Shown one piece after another: positions 32,787 to 45,520 of a stretch of DNA of 64,000 nucleotides. The stretch is from an uncultured Thermus sp. GTDB lineage: Bacteria; Deinococcota; Deinococci; Deinococcales; Thermaceae. The position numbers were made by a program, and so were the translations under genes. The DNA is taken from assembly GCA_947085095.1 (NCBI GenBank), contig CAMTVD010000001.1, positions 1 through 64,000 on the forward strand. Direction: 5' to 3'. Under the pieces are notes generated by a model. It searched no databases. It saw only the letters and a list, made by a program, of their open reading frames with translations, and was not told the origin of the DNA. Numbering within the stretch: the stretch's first letter is position 1; every line of letters begins with the position of its first letter.

Positions 32787-33572
32787 GTGCGGCCCTGCGA
32801 TCCCAAGCCCGTGCCCCGGATCTGGGGAGGAAGCGCCCTGGGCTTCGGCCCGGGGATCGGGGAGGTCTGGCTTTGCCAGGAGCCCCTGCTCGTCAAGCTC
32901 TTGGACCCGAAGGAGTGGCTTTCCGTCCAGGTGCACCCGCCCCACGGCTACGCCCGGAGGGTGGAGGGCGGGCCGGGGAAGTACGAGGCCTGGTACGTCC
33001 TCTCCCCCGGGGAGATCGTCTACGGCTTCCTTCGGCCCACGAGCCGGGAGGAGGTCCTTAGGCGGGTGGAGGAGGGGAGCCTCGAGGCCCTCCTCCACAA
33101 GGTCTCCGTCAAGCCGGGCCAGGTGGTCTACCTGCCCGCCGGGGTGGTCCACGCCCTGGGGCCTGGGGTGCGGGTCTACGAGGTCCAGACCCCCTCAGAC
33201 CTCACCTACCGCCTCTATGACTACGGCCGCCCCCGGGAGCTTCACCTGGAAAAGGCCCTGGAGGTGGCCCTCTTGGAGCCCACCCCCATCCCCCCGGTGA
33301 GGCCGGAGCCCGTTCCTGGAGGCGAAAGGCTTCTCAAGACCCCCTACTTCCACCTCTTCCGCTTCCCCTTGGAGGGGGAGCTTGCCCTGAGGCCGGACCT
33401 CCCCCTGGTCCTCACCCTCCTGGAGGGCGAGGCCCGTCTCCTGGGGGCGCCCATCCGGCCCCCCCACACCTTTCTCCTCTTTCCCGGGGAGGAAGGGGTT
33501 TTGCAAGGGGAGGGGCTTCTCTTGGGGGCCAGCCCCGCCCTTGACCAAAGCCCCTGGGGCCGGGGAGACTAG
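32787..33572 (+). CDS. manA: Class I mannose-6-phosphate isomerase (start may be 32775)
   Basis: IWGG, LLVKLLD, LSVQVHP, KYEAW, PAGVVHA, EVQTPSDLTYR. Confidence 0.9.
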   Translation: MRPCDPKPVPRIWGGSALGFGPGIGEVWLCQEPLLVKLLDPKEWLSVQVHPPHGYARRVEGGPGKYEAWYVLSPGEIVYGFLRPTSREEVLRRVEEGSLEALLHKVSVKPGQVVYLPAGVVHALGPGVRVYEVQTPSDLTYRLYDYGRPRELHLEKALEVALLEPTPIPPVRPEPVPGGERLLKTPYFHLFRFPLEGELALRPDLPLVLTLLEGEARLLGAPIRPPHTFLLFPGEEGVLQGEGLLLGASPALDQSPWGRGD

Positions 33573-33577
33573 GGGGC

Positions 33578-34867
33578 ATGGACCGCCCCTTTCTGGACCT
33601 GGCCCCCTGTGGCCCCCTAAGGGGAGCCTTGCGGGTTCCCGGGGACAAGTCCGTGACCCACCGGGGCCTCATGCTCCTCTCCCTGGCGGAAGGGGAAGGG
33701 CGGCTTTACCACCCCCTGAAGGCGGGGGACACCCTCTCCACCGCCCGGGTCCTCCGGGCCCTGGGGGCGGAGATAGAGGAGGAGGGGCCCCACTTCCTGG
33801 TCAGGGGCCAGGGCCTCCGCCTGAAGGAGCCCCAGGACGTTCTGGACTGCGGGAATGCCGGCACCCTGATGCGCCTCCTCCTGGGCATCCTGGCGGGGCA
33901 GGAGGGGCTTTTCGCCGTCCTCACCGGGGACGCCTCCTTGAGGCGGCGGCCCATGGGCCGGGTGGCCGAGCCCCTAAGGGCCATGGGGGCGCAGATAGAC
34001 GGCCGGGAAGGGGGGAGGAGGGCCCCTTTGGCCGTGAGGGGGGCCCCCTTGCGGGGGGTCCGCTACACCCTCCCCGTCCCTAGCGCCCAGGTGAAAAGCG
34101 CCCTGCTCCTGGCGGGCCTCTTCGCCGAGGGGGTGACGGAGGTGGAGGAGCCCGTCCCCACCCGGGACCACACGGAGCGCCTCTTCCGCCACTTCGGCCT
34201 GCCCCTTTGGGTGGAGGGGAACCGGGTGAGGACCGAGAGGACGAGCCCCTTCCCCGCCAAGGACCTCACCGTCCCCGGGGACTTCTCCTCGGCGGCCTTC
34301 TTCCTGGTGGCGGCCCTTTTGGTGCCGGGCTCGGAGGTGGTGGTGGAGGGGGTGGGGCTCAATCCCACCCGCACCGGGCTTCTCCAGGTGCTCAAGGCCA
34401 TGGGGGCGGACCTGGAGTGGCGGGTCCTCGAGGGGGAGGCGGGGGAGCCCGTGGGCTACGTGCGGGCCCGCTATAGCCCCCTAGAGGGGGTGGAGGTGGA
34501 CCCGGGCCTCATCCCCCTCATGGTGGACGAGGTGCCCGTTCTGGCGGCGGCCGCCGCCTGGGCGGAAGGGGAGACCTTCATCCCCGGGCTTTCCGAGCTT
34601 CGGGTCAAGGAGTCCGACCGGGTGGCGGCCATCGCGCAAAACCTCCGGGCCCTGGGGGTGGGGGTGGAGGAGGGGCCGGACTGGCTCCGGATCCGGGGGG
34701 GCGGGGTAAGAAGGGGCGAGGTGGAGCCCTTCCACGACCACCGCATCGCCATGGCCTTCGCCGTGGCGGGCCTGCCCGTGGGGGTCAGGGTGTGGGAGCC
34801 GGAGTGGGCGGAGATCTCCTACCCCGGGTTTTTCCGGGACCTCTTGAGCCTATGCGGGGCATCGTGA
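33578..34867 (+). CDS. aroA: 3-phosphoshikimate 1-carboxyvinyltransferase
   Basis: [36 protein letters not shown]. Confidence 0.97.
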   Translation: MDRPFLDLAPCGPLRGALRVPGDKSVTHRGLMLLSLAEGEGRLYHPLKAGDTLSTARVLRALGAEIEEEGPHFLVRGQGLRLKEPQDVLDCGNAGTLMRLLLGILAGQEGLFAVLTGDASLRRRPMGRVAEPLRAMGAQIDGREGGRRAPLAVRGAPLRGVRYTLPVPSAQVKSALLLAGLFAEGVTEVEEPVPTRDHTERLFRHFGLPLWVEGNRVRTERTSPFPAKDLTVPGDFSSAAFFLVAALLVPGSEVVVEGVGLNPTRTGLLQVLKAMGADLEWRVLEGEAGEPVGYVRARYSPLEGVEVDPGLIPLMVDEVPVLAAAAAWAEGETFIPGLSELRVKESDRVAAIAQNLRALGVGVEEGPDWLRIRGGGVRRGEVEPFHDHRIAMAFAVAGLPVGVRVWEPEWAEISYPGFFRDLLSLCGAS

Positions 34868-35478
34868 CCATTGACGGCCCCTCGGCCTCGGGGAAGAGCT
34901 CCGTGGCCCAGCGGGTGGCGGAGGCCCTGGGGGTCCCTTACCTCAGTAGCGGCCTCCTCTACCGGGCGGCCGCCTACCTGGCCCTAGGGGCGGGGGTGGA
35001 CCTGGAGGACGAGGCGGGGCTTCTTGCCCTCCTTCAGGCCAAGCGGGTGCGCCTCCTGCCAGCAAAAGAGGGGAACCGGGTCCTGGCGGACGGGGAGGAC
35101 CTCACCCCCCACCTCCACACGGAGGCGGTGGACCGGGTGGTCTCCCAGGTGGCGAGGCTCCCCGGGGTGCGGGCCTGGGTGAACGCCAGGCTCAAGGAGG
35201 TGCCCCCGCCCTTCGTGGCCGAGGGGCGGGACATGGGAAGGGTGGTCTTTCCCCAGGCCCCCCACAAGTTCTACCTCACCGCCAGGCCCGAGGTGCGGGC
35301 CCTGAGGCGGGCGAAGGAGAGGCCCGGGGACTACGAGGCGGTGCTTAAGGACCTCCTCCTTCGGGACGAGAAGGACCAGGCGCAAAGCGCCCCCGCCCCC
35401 GACGCCCTCATCCTGGACACCAGCGACCTCGGCCTCGAGGAAGTGGTGGCCCAGATTTTGCAGCACCTGCGGGGCTAG
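34852..35478 (+). CDS. cmk: Cytidylate kinase
   Basis: [23 protein letters not shown]. Confidence 0.95.
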   Translation: MRGIVTIDGPSASGKSSVAQRVAEALGVPYLSSGLLYRAAAYLALGAGVDLEDEAGLLALLQAKRVRLLPAKEGNRVLADGEDLTPHLHTEAVDRVVSQVARLPGVRAWVNARLKEVPPPFVAEGRDMGRVVFPQAPHKFYLTARPEVRALRRAKERPGDYEAVLKDLLLRDEKDQAQSAPAPDALILDTSDLGLEEVVAQILQHLRG

Positions 35479-35480
35479 CC

Positions 35481-36263
35481 ATGGTGCCTGGGGCCAAGGC
35501 CAGGCCGGTCCAGGAGTTTTTGAACATCGTCCTTTACCGCCCCTTGGCCCACCTGGTGGTGCGGCTTCTCCTCCCCACCCCTGTAAGGCCCCATCATCTG
35601 CTCCTCTTCCACACCCTTCTGGTCCTCATGGCCGCGGGCCTCATCCTGCTTAGGGCCGACCTCCTAGCCGCCCTTCTCCTCCAGGTGAAGACCGTCCTGG
35701 ACAACGCCGACGGGCAGCTCGCCCGCCTTAGGGGGGAGGCCACGGAGCTGGGCCGCTATCTGGACACCGAGCTGGACCTCCTGGGCAACCTCTTCCTCTT
35801 CCTGGCCTTAGGGGGGAGGACCGGGGAGTGGGGGGAAGCTCTCTTGGCTTTTCTGGTCTTCACCCTGGTCCAGTCCTACGACTTCAACCTGGAAAGGCTT
35901 TACCGCCTTTACCGGGGCCTTCCCCTTCCGGAGGAGGCCAAAGACCCCCCAAGCCCCCTCCTCGCCCTTCTGCGGGGGCTCTACCGCCTCCTCTTCCTGC
36001 CCCAGGACCGGGCCATCGCCGCCCTGGAGGGGTTTCTTCTCCAGAGGCTCCGCCTGGATCCCAGGCGCTTCTTTGACGAGGCCGCCTTGGCGGGGGTGGT
36101 GAACCTGGGCCTCACCACCCAGCTTTTTTTCATGGGCCTCTTCCTGGCCTTTCACCAGCCTGGGGCCTACCTCACCTTCGTCCTCCTCCAGGCCCTGTAT
36201 CTTGGGGCTTGGTACCTATGGAGGATTTTCCGCAGTATCCCATCCCCACGGTGGGGGCCTTAG
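35481..36263 (+). CDS. CDP-alcohol phosphatidyltransferase family protein
   Basis: DNADGQLAR...GRYLDTELD signature. Confidence 0.88.
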   Translation: MVPGAKARPVQEFLNIVLYRPLAHLVVRLLLPTPVRPHHLLLFHTLLVLMAAGLILLRADLLAALLLQVKTVLDNADGQLARLRGEATELGRYLDTELDLLGNLFLFLALGGRTGEWGEALLAFLVFTLVQSYDFNLERLYRLYRGLPLPEEAKDPPSPLLALLRGLYRLLFLPQDRAIAALEGFLLQRLRLDPRRFFDEAALAGVVNLGLTTQLFFMGLFLAFHQPGAYLTFVLLQALYLGAWYLWRIFRSIPSPRWGP

Positions 36264-36628
36264 TGGAGAGGGAGGGCAGGGTGCTTTTGGTGCGCACCGC
36301 CAAGTGGCGGGGGCTTTGGGGGGTGCCCGGGGGGAAGGTGGCCTTTGGGGAGGCCCTCGAGGCCGCCCTGAGGCGGGAGATCAAGGAGGAGGTGAACCTG
36401 GACCTCCGGGAGGTCCGCTTCGCCCTGGTCCAAGAGGCCCTCTTCAGCCCCGAGTTCTATAAGCCCACCCACATGCTCCTCCTCAACTACTTCGCCAGGG
36501 GGGAAGGGGAGGTGCGCCCCAACCATGAAATCCTGGAGTGGGCCTGGGTGGAGCCGGAGGCGGGTCTTGCCTACCCCCTGAACCGCTTCACCAGGGTCCT
36601 GCTGGAACGCTACCTGGAGGGAGCATGA
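36218..36628 (+). CDS. NUDIX hydrolase
   Basis: Nudix box GGKVAFGEALEAALRREIKEEVNL. Confidence 0.9.
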   Translation: MEDFPQYPIPTVGALVEREGRVLLVRTAKWRGLWGVPGGKVAFGEALEAALRREIKEEVNLDLREVRFALVQEALFSPEFYKPTHMLLLNYFARGEGEVRPNHEILEWAWVEPEAGLAYPLNRFTRVLLERYLEGA

Positions 36629-37329
36629 GGGTTGCCCTGGTCACGGGAAGCGCCAAGGGCATCGGCCGGGCCATCCTCCTGGCCCTGGCCCGGGAGGGGT
36701 TTAGCGTGGCCGTCCACTACCGCACCTCCGAGGGCCTGGCCGAGGCCACGAGGGAGGAGGCGGAGGCCCTGGGGGTGAGGGCCATCAAGGTCCGGGCCGA
36801 CCTTACCCAAGAAGGGGACGTGGCCCGCTTGGTGGAAGAGGTGCGCTACCACCTGGGGGGGGTTGGGGTCCTGGTGAACAACGTGGGGGACTACCTCTAT
36901 AAGCCCATAGAGGAGGTGGGCCTCGAGGAGTGGCGCTGGATTTTGGACACCAACCTCACCGCCACCTTCCTCCTCACGCAAAGGGTCCTCCCCTTGATGG
37001 TGGAACAGGGCTACGGGCGCATCGTCAACCTGGGGTATGCGGGGGCTTCCAACCTCCTCGCCCGGCCCCACATCACCCCCTACGTCATCGCCAAGACCGG
37101 GGTGGTCCTCTACACCAAGGCCATCGCCAAGCGCTTCGCCACCGCCGGGATCACCGCCAACGTGGTGGCCCCGGGGGTGGCGGAGAACTCCATCTCTAAG
37201 CCTTTGGGGGAGATCCCCATGGGAAGGCTGGCCCTTCTTGAGGAGATCGCCCGGGCGGTGCTCTTCCTCGTGAACGAGCCCTACCTCACCGGCCAGGTTC
37301 TGGAGGTGGCCGGGGGGTGGAACCTCTGA
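36625..37329 (+). CDS. tmpR: SDR-family dihydropteridine/dihydrofolate reductase
   Basis: TGSAKGIG, NNVG, YVIAK; matches the recalled Thermus TmpR sequence ending VAGGWNL. Confidence 0.82.
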   Translation: MRVALVTGSAKGIGRAILLALAREGFSVAVHYRTSEGLAEATREEAEALGVRAIKVRADLTQEGDVARLVEEVRYHLGGVGVLVNNVGDYLYKPIEEVGLEEWRWILDTNLTATFLLTQRVLPLMVEQGYGRIVNLGYAGASNLLARPHITPYVIAKTGVVLYTKAIAKRFATAGITANVVAPGVAENSISKPLGEIPMGRLALLEEIARAVLFLVNEPYLTGQVLEVAGGWNL

Positions 37330-37412
37330 ACACGCGCATCGCGATGTGCTGAGTGGCCGCCCATTGCCCTTTCCACACAGGGGAAAACCCCTTCGCGTGA
37401 TAGCCTAGCCCT

Positions 37413-38387
37413 GTGGACGGCAACGCTCCTGACCCCAAGTACTGGGAGAAGATGCGCCTGGTGGCCGAGGTGCTGCGGGCGGTGGAGGGACCCATCTACA
37501 TCGCCACCCACGTGGACCCGGATGGGGACGCCATCGGCAGTTCCCTGGGGCTTTATAGGGCCCTGAAGGCCTTGGGCAAGGACGCCCGCTGGGTGGCCGA
37601 GCCCCCCAGGTTTCTCCGCTTCCTGCCCAAGGAGGAGGAGTACGCTGACCCCGTGGACCACCTGCCCCCCGGGGCTACCCTGGTGGTCCTGGACAGCGCC
37701 GAGCCCTCCCGGGTGGTGGGGGTGCCGGTGGAGGGGTTCGTCATCAACATAGACCACCACGGCACCAATCCCCGCTTTGGCCAGATCGCCGTGGTGGACC
37801 CCTCCAAGGCGGCCACTGCCCAGATGGTCAAGGACCTCATTGACCTCTTGGGGGTGGAGTGGACGGAGGAGATCGCCACTCCGGTGCTCACCGGCATCCT
37901 CACGGACACGGGCAACTTCCGCTTCGCCAACACCACCCCCGAGGTCCTGAGGGTGGCGGCGGAGCTTCTGGGCCATGGGGTGAGGCTTGCTGAGCTCACC
38001 GACCGCCTGCAGTTCCGCCCCCCCTCCTACTTCCGCCTCATGGGCCAGGTCCTCTCCACCGTGGCTTTCCACTTTGGCGGGCTTCTCGTCACCGCCCACC
38101 TTCCCGAGGAGGCGGCCCCGGAGGAGGACTCGGATGGCTTCGTGGGACTCATCCGCTATGCGGAGGGGAGCGTGGTGGCGGCTTTCCTCCGCAGGCGGGA
38201 AGAAGGGGTGAAGGTCTCCCTCCGCTCCCGGGGCGGGGTTTCCGCCCAGAACATCGCCCTGCGCCTGGGCGGGGGTGGGCATGTGCCCGCGGCGGGGGCC
38301 TTGCTGCAGGGGGTGGACTTGGACCGGGCCTACGAGCTGCTCCTCGAGGCCGTGGCCGAAGAGCTCAGGCGGGCGGGGTACCTCTAG
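37413..38387 (+). CDS. nrnA: DHH/DHHA1 nanoRNase / pAp phosphatase
   Basis: HVDPDGDAIGS, IDHH, TDTGNF, GGGH. Confidence 0.9.
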   Translation: MDGNAPDPKYWEKMRLVAEVLRAVEGPIYIATHVDPDGDAIGSSLGLYRALKALGKDARWVAEPPRFLRFLPKEEEYADPVDHLPPGATLVVLDSAEPSRVVGVPVEGFVINIDHHGTNPRFGQIAVVDPSKAATAQMVKDLIDLLGVEWTEEIATPVLTGILTDTGNFRFANTTPEVLRVAAELLGHGVRLAELTDRLQFRPPSYFRLMGQVLSTVAFHFGGLLVTAHLPEEAAPEEDSDGFVGLIRYAEGSVVAAFLRRREEGVKVSLRSRGGVSAQNIALRLGGGGHVPAAGALLQGVDLDRAYELLLEAVAEELRRAGYL

Positions 38388-38916
38388 GGGGGTCCCAGCG
38401 CAGGAGAGGGTGGGCGAGGAGAAGCGGGGCCACCTCCTCCCCCGGTTCCAGGAGCAGGCGGTGGCGGTAGTGGCTTCCCCGGGGTTCCCGGTACACCTCC
38501 AGGGTCCCCGTTTCCTCCACCAGCCAAACCTCGGGGATGCCCCCTTGGGCGTATAGGGGGAGCTTCACCTTGAGGTCCATCTCCCGGCTGGAGAAGCTCA
38601 CCTCCACCACCAGGAGGATGTCCCCAGGCTCGGGGAGCCGGGCCCGGTAAAAGTCGTCCCGGGGCTGGAGCAGGGCCAGGTCTGGCTGGGGAAGGGAGTG
38701 CTGGGAAAGGCGCAAGGGGTTCTGCACGTAGACCAGGGCCCGGTTCCCGTAGAGCCTTTCCAGCTGTTTGGCCAGGTAGGTGACCAGGCTGGCGTGCCCA
38801 CTGCCGAGGGGGGCCATTTCGTATACCTCGCCGTCCAAAAGTTCCAGCCGGAGCCCTTCCGGAGCCTTTTCCAGGAGAGCTTGGAACTCCTCGAGGCTCA
38901 GCCGGTGCCGGACCAT
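38365..38916 (-). CDS. Uma2-family (PD-(D/E)XK) endonuclease
   Basis: ELLDGEV, PQPD, LVVEVS, KLPLYAQGGIPEVWLV. Confidence 0.88.
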   Translation of the reverse strand: MVRHRLSLEEFQALLEKAPEGLRLELLDGEVYEMAPLGSGHASLVTYLAKQLERLYGNRALVYVQNPLRLSQHSLPQPDLALLQPRDDFYRARLPEPGDILLVVEVSFSSREMDLKVKLPLYAQGGIPEVWLVEETGTLEVYREPRGSHYRHRLLLEPGEEVAPLLLAHPLLRWDPPRGTPPA

Positions 38917-38925
38917 AGCCCCATT

Positions 38926-41612
<2,687 letters not shown>

Positions 41613-41618
41613 GGCGCT

Positions 41619-43346
41619 ATGCGCGTCCTGGCCCGCCGGGTCTACTGGCGCTGGTACGGGGAGGTCCTCCTCTCGGGGAACGTGGTCTTGCGCATGACCG
41701 GGGACGCCGCCAAGTGGCTTCGCCCCGGGGATAGGGTCCGGCTTTCCACGGAGTTCAAAAAGCCCATTCTGGGCTTTGACGAGTACGCCCTCTGGGGCCG
41801 CTTTCCCCTCTGGCCTCCCTTCGCCCAGGACCTGGAGCACGTGCGGGAGGGGCCTTTGGGGGGCGAGGCTTACCGCTACCGCCTGAGGGCCCGGGAGGCC
41901 CAGTTTGAGGCGGATTTTGAGGCCATCACTGAGCTGGAGCAGTTCCACTACGCCTCCGAGAAGGAAGTGGTGGCCCTCTGGGTCTGCCCCCGGTGCGGCA
42001 AGACCATCGCTGCCAACAGCAAGCCCCTTTGCGACTGCGGAAAAGAGGCCAGGCTGAAGGAGATCAAGGGCTCCACCCCGGCGAGCCGCTTTCTGGTCCT
42101 GGAGCTTGTGGAGCGCCTCCCCTTTGAGCCCAGGATCTTGGGCTACCTGCGCCTGGACCCCCCCATCCCCACGATGCACCGCAGGACCCCAGAGGGCGTG
42201 GAGCGGAACATCCGGGAGCGCATCTTCCCCCCGGACTGGTTCCACCCCACCTTTGAGGGGGGGGAGGATTGGGAGAGGGCCCTGGATCAAGTGGAGACCG
42301 CCGCCGCCCGCATCGCCCGGGTGGTGGTCCACCCCGATTACCGCTCGGAGGGCTTTGGGGCCCTTCTGGTCCGGGTGGCCCTGGACTGGGTGCGGGAGCG
42401 GGGGGCCCCGGAGGGGCGGCGGGAGAAGCATTTGGTCTACACCATCGCTCAGATGGCCCGCTACCACCCCTTCTTTGAGAAGGTGGGATTCCGCTACCTC
42501 TTTGACACCGCCTCCGGCCGCCCCGTTCTCTTTTACCCCCTCACGGAGGAGGCCCAAAAACACCTGGAGCGCTTCCTAGAGGAGGACCCCTACGCCAGGG
42601 CCCACGGGGGGCGGCTTTTCCAAAAAAGCTACGGCCGGGTGGAGGGCCTCCCGGGCCCCATCCGGCTCCAGGGGGTCTACAAGGGCTACCGGAGCCTTCT
42701 GGACCTGAAGGGCCTTTCCCCGGAGGTGGAGGAGGTCCTTTCCGCCTTCGGGGTGAAGGCTAGGCGGGTGGAGCGGGCGGTGTTGCGGGGGGCGGACCTC
42801 GAGGTCCCGCCCCGGAGCCTGGTGGTCCTGGCCGGGGCCAGCGGGGCGGGGAAGACCACCCTCCTCCGCCTCCTCCTGGGGGAGCCCCCGGACGCCGGGC
42901 GGATCCTCCTCCCTGGGGGGCGGGTGGCCGCCTACATCCCCGGGGAGGTGGAGGTGCCTTTGGGGGAGCTTCCCCTCCTGGAGCGGCTTTACCGGGAGAT
43001 GGGGGAGGTAAGGGCGGCCATAGAGGTCCTGAACCGGGTGGGGCTTTCCGACGCCGTGTTGTACCGGGCCAGGCCCCAGGAGCTTTCCACGGGGCAAAGG
43101 GAGAGGTTCCGCCTGGCTCTCCTCCTGGCCTGGCGGCCGGACCTCCTCCTCATAGACGAGTTCGCCGCCCACCTGGACGTGCCCACCGCCAGGCGGGTGG
43201 CCTTGGGCCTGGGCAAGCTCTGCCGGGAGGCGGGGATCACCCTGGTGGCCGCCACCCACCGCCCCGAGGTGCACCAGGCCCTGGACCCCGACCTCACCGT
43301 CTTCGTGGGCTACGGGGGGCTCTTGGCGGTGCCCAGGAAAAGCTAG
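41619..43346 (+). CDS. GNAT acetyltransferase fused to an ABC-type ATPase (COG2401-like), with zinc ribbon
   Basis: CPRC...CDC, GNAT motif A RVVVHPDYRSEGFG, Walker A GASGAGKT, signature LSTGQ, Walker B LLIDE; no TM segments. Confidence 0.85.
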   Translation: MRVLARRVYWRWYGEVLLSGNVVLRMTGDAAKWLRPGDRVRLSTEFKKPILGFDEYALWGRFPLWPPFAQDLEHVREGPLGGEAYRYRLRAREAQFEADFEAITELEQFHYASEKEVVALWVCPRCGKTIAANSKPLCDCGKEARLKEIKGSTPASRFLVLELVERLPFEPRILGYLRLDPPIPTMHRRTPEGVERNIRERIFPPDWFHPTFEGGEDWERALDQVETAAARIARVVVHPDYRSEGFGALLVRVALDWVRERGAPEGRREKHLVYTIAQMARYHPFFEKVGFRYLFDTASGRPVLFYPLTEEAQKHLERFLEEDPYARAHGGRLFQKSYGRVEGLPGPIRLQGVYKGYRSLLDLKGLSPEVEEVLSAFGVKARRVERAVLRGADLEVPPRSLVVLAGASGAGKTTLLRLLLGEPPDAGRILLPGGRVAAYIPGEVEVPLGELPLLERLYREMGEVRAAIEVLNRVGLSDAVLYRARPQELSTGQRERFRLALLLAWRPDLLLIDEFAAHLDVPTARRVALGLGKLCREAGITLVAATHRPEVHQALDPDLTVFVGYGGLLAVPRKS

Positions 43347-43714
43347 CCTTCCTCAAAGGCCTCGGTGAGGTCCACGAACATCACCCGGCCCGGCCGCCTG
43401 GGGACGTAGAGGGGCTTTTCGTAGCGGAAGGCGTTCTCCAGGACCCAGGCGTAAAGGGGTTCCCCCTGGGCGTAGGCCTTTAGGAAGCCTTCCTCCGCCA
43501 GGTGCTTTTCAAAGAAGGGCAGGAGCTCCTCCACGCTGAAGGGCCCCTCCACCCCCACCAGGTCCGCCTGGCCGATGAGCTGGCCCTGGGTTACGATGCC
43601 CAAAGGCCCCCGGTGGCGGGCCTGGCGTTTGCGGATCTCCCAGGTTTTTCTGCCGTCCACGATGTAGCTGGCGTAGGGTTCCCGCACGATGAGCCCCAGT
43701 TTGGGCCTTTCCAC
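43343..43714 (-). CDS. ASCH-domain protein
   Basis: REPYASYIVDGRKTWEIR (GxKxxExR ASCH motif). Confidence 0.9.
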   Translation of the reverse strand: MERPKLGLIVREPYASYIVDGRKTWEIRKRQARHRGPLGIVTQGQLIGQADLVGVEGPFSVEELLPFFEKHLAEEGFLKAYAQGEPLYAWVLENAFRYEKPLYVPRRPGRVMFVDLTEAFEEG

Positions 43715-43737
43715 GGCTCCATTGTAGAGTGGAGGCC

Positions 43738-44394
43738 GTGGCGTGCCCTAGAGAGGGAAAAGGGGCAAAAAAGGAGCGGGCCCGGAAGGTCCTGGAGGCC
43801 CTGGAAAAGGCCTACCCGGAGGCCCGCACCGAGCTAAAGCACGAAACCCCCTTCCAGCTCCTTTTGGCCACGGTCCTTTCCGCCCAGGCCACGGACAAAA
43901 GCGTGAACGAGGCCACCCCGGCCCTCTTTGCCCGCTTTCCCGATGCCAAGGCCCTGGCCCAGGCCTCCCCGGAGGAGGTGGAGCCCTATATCCGGCGCAT
44001 TGGCCTCTACCGGACCAAGGCCAGGAACCTGGTGGCCCTGGCCCGAAGGCTCCTGGAAGAGTATGGGGGAGAGGTGCCCAAGGACAAGGAGGCCTTGATG
44101 CGCCTCCCCGGGGTGGGGTGGAAGACGGCCACCGTGGTCCTGGGGGCGGCTTTCGGGGTGCCAGGGATTGCCGTGGACACCCACGTGGCCCGGGTGAGTC
44201 GGAGGCTCTGCTTCTCGGAGGCCAAGGCCCCGGAGCGGATGGGTAAGGACCTCGAGGCCCTCTTCCCCAAGGAGAGCTGGGTCTTCCTGCACCACGCCCT
44301 GGTCCTCCACGGCCGCTACGTGTGCCTAGCCAGGAAGCCCCGGTGCCAAGCCTGCGTCCTGGCCCCTTACTGCCCCAGCCGGGAGGTCCCTTGA
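43738..44394 (+). CDS. nth: Endonuclease III
   Basis: LSAQATD, HhH LPGVGWKTA, VDTH, 4Fe-4S CLARKPRCQACVLAPYC. Confidence 0.95.
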   Translation: MACPREGKGAKKERARKVLEALEKAYPEARTELKHETPFQLLLATVLSAQATDKSVNEATPALFARFPDAKALAQASPEEVEPYIRRIGLYRTKARNLVALARRLLEEYGGEVPKDKEALMRLPGVGWKTATVVLGAAFGVPGIAVDTHVARVSRRLCFSEAKAPERMGKDLEALFPKESWVFLHHALVLHGRYVCLARKPRCQACVLAPYCPSREVP

Positions 44395-45515
44395 AGGCCG
44401 CCTACCGCTTCCTCCTGGCCGCCTTCCTGTTCTCCTTCGGGGCCAACCTGGTCTACTTCTTCCTCAACTTCCACCTCGAGGCCCTGGGCTACACCCGCCA
44501 GGCCATCGGCCTGGCCCAGGCGATCCTCCTCCTCTCGGGGGTGGCCTTCGCCCTGCCTCTGGCCTACCTCATCCCCAGGTTTGGGTACCTGCGAAGCCTC
44601 TACCTGGCCTTCCTCCTCACCCTCCTGGGGGTTCTGTTGCTGGGCCTGGGCCTCCTGGTCTTTCCTGGCCTCGTCTTTTACGGCTTGGCGGGGGCCCTCC
44701 TCCAGGGGGCGGCGGCTCCTCTTTTGGCCCGGCTGGTCCCCGAGGAGAGGCGGGTGGCCTTTTTCAGCCTCCAGGCGGCCCTCACCACCCTAAGCGGCTT
44801 CTTCTCCACCCTCCTGGCGGGCCTCCTCTCCGACCTCTTTGGGGCCCGGTACGTTCTCCTCTTCTCCCTGCCCTTCTTCCTCCTGGGGCTTCCTTTGCTG
44901 TGGAGGCTTCCCGTGGTGGAAGGGGAGAGGAAGCCCTTAAGGCTTTCCCGCCGCTTCTTCCTCTGGCTCAGGCTCCTGGCTCCCCAGATCGTCATCGGCT
45001 TTGGGGCGGGGCTCGTCATCCCCTTCCTGAACCTATACCTGAAGGCGAAGTTCGGCCTCACCTACGGGACCACGGGGCTCATCTTCGCCCTCTCCTCCCT
45101 GGCCACGGGGGTGGCCATGCTCCTCCAGCCCCTTTTGGTGCGCCGCATGGGAAAGCTTGGGGCCATCGTCTTCGTCCAGGCCATCTCCCTGCCCTTTCTG
45201 GCCGCCTTGGCCTGGGCCCCTTGGCTTCCCGTGGTCACCTTCGCCCTCCTCATCCGCGGGGCCCTGATGAACGCCGCCGGGCCCGTGTACGCCGCCTTGG
45301 TCATGGACTATTTGGACGAGGAGGAAAGGCCGGGGTTCTTGCTGGTGGAAGGGGCCCTCTGGGGTCTTCTCTTCGCCTTGGGGAGCGCCCTTTCCGGGAT
45401 GGTCCAGGGGGCCATGGGGCTCAGGGCCTTTGACTACCTTTTTGGGGTGACCCTCGCCCTTTACGCCCTGGGCATCGCCCTCTGGCCCTGGGCCTTCCGC
45501 AAGCGGGTAGACTAA
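44391..45515 (+). CDS. MFS transporter
   Basis: About 12 hydrophobic segments; TTG start overlapping the nth stop. Confidence 0.8.
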   Translation: MKAAYRFLLAAFLFSFGANLVYFFLNFHLEALGYTRQAIGLAQAILLLSGVAFALPLAYLIPRFGYLRSLYLAFLLTLLGVLLLGLGLLVFPGLVFYGLAGALLQGAAAPLLARLVPEERRVAFFSLQAALTTLSGFFSTLLAGLLSDLFGARYVLLFSLPFFLLGLPLLWRLPVVEGERKPLRLSRRFFLWLRLLAPQIVIGFGAGLVIPFLNLYLKAKFGLTYGTTGLIFALSSLATGVAMLLQPLLVRRMGKLGAIVFVQAISLPFLAALAWAPWLPVVTFALLIRGALMNAAGPVYAALVMDYLDEEERPGFLLVEGALWGLLFALGSALSGMVQGAMGLRAFDYLFGVTLALYALGIALWPWAFRKRVD

Positions 45516-45520
45516 AGCCG

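Noticed and set aside
38365..38916. Uma2 endonuclease as part of a defence island
   Set aside because: Single gene with host-like composition among housekeeping genes; the family is commonly expanded in Thermus
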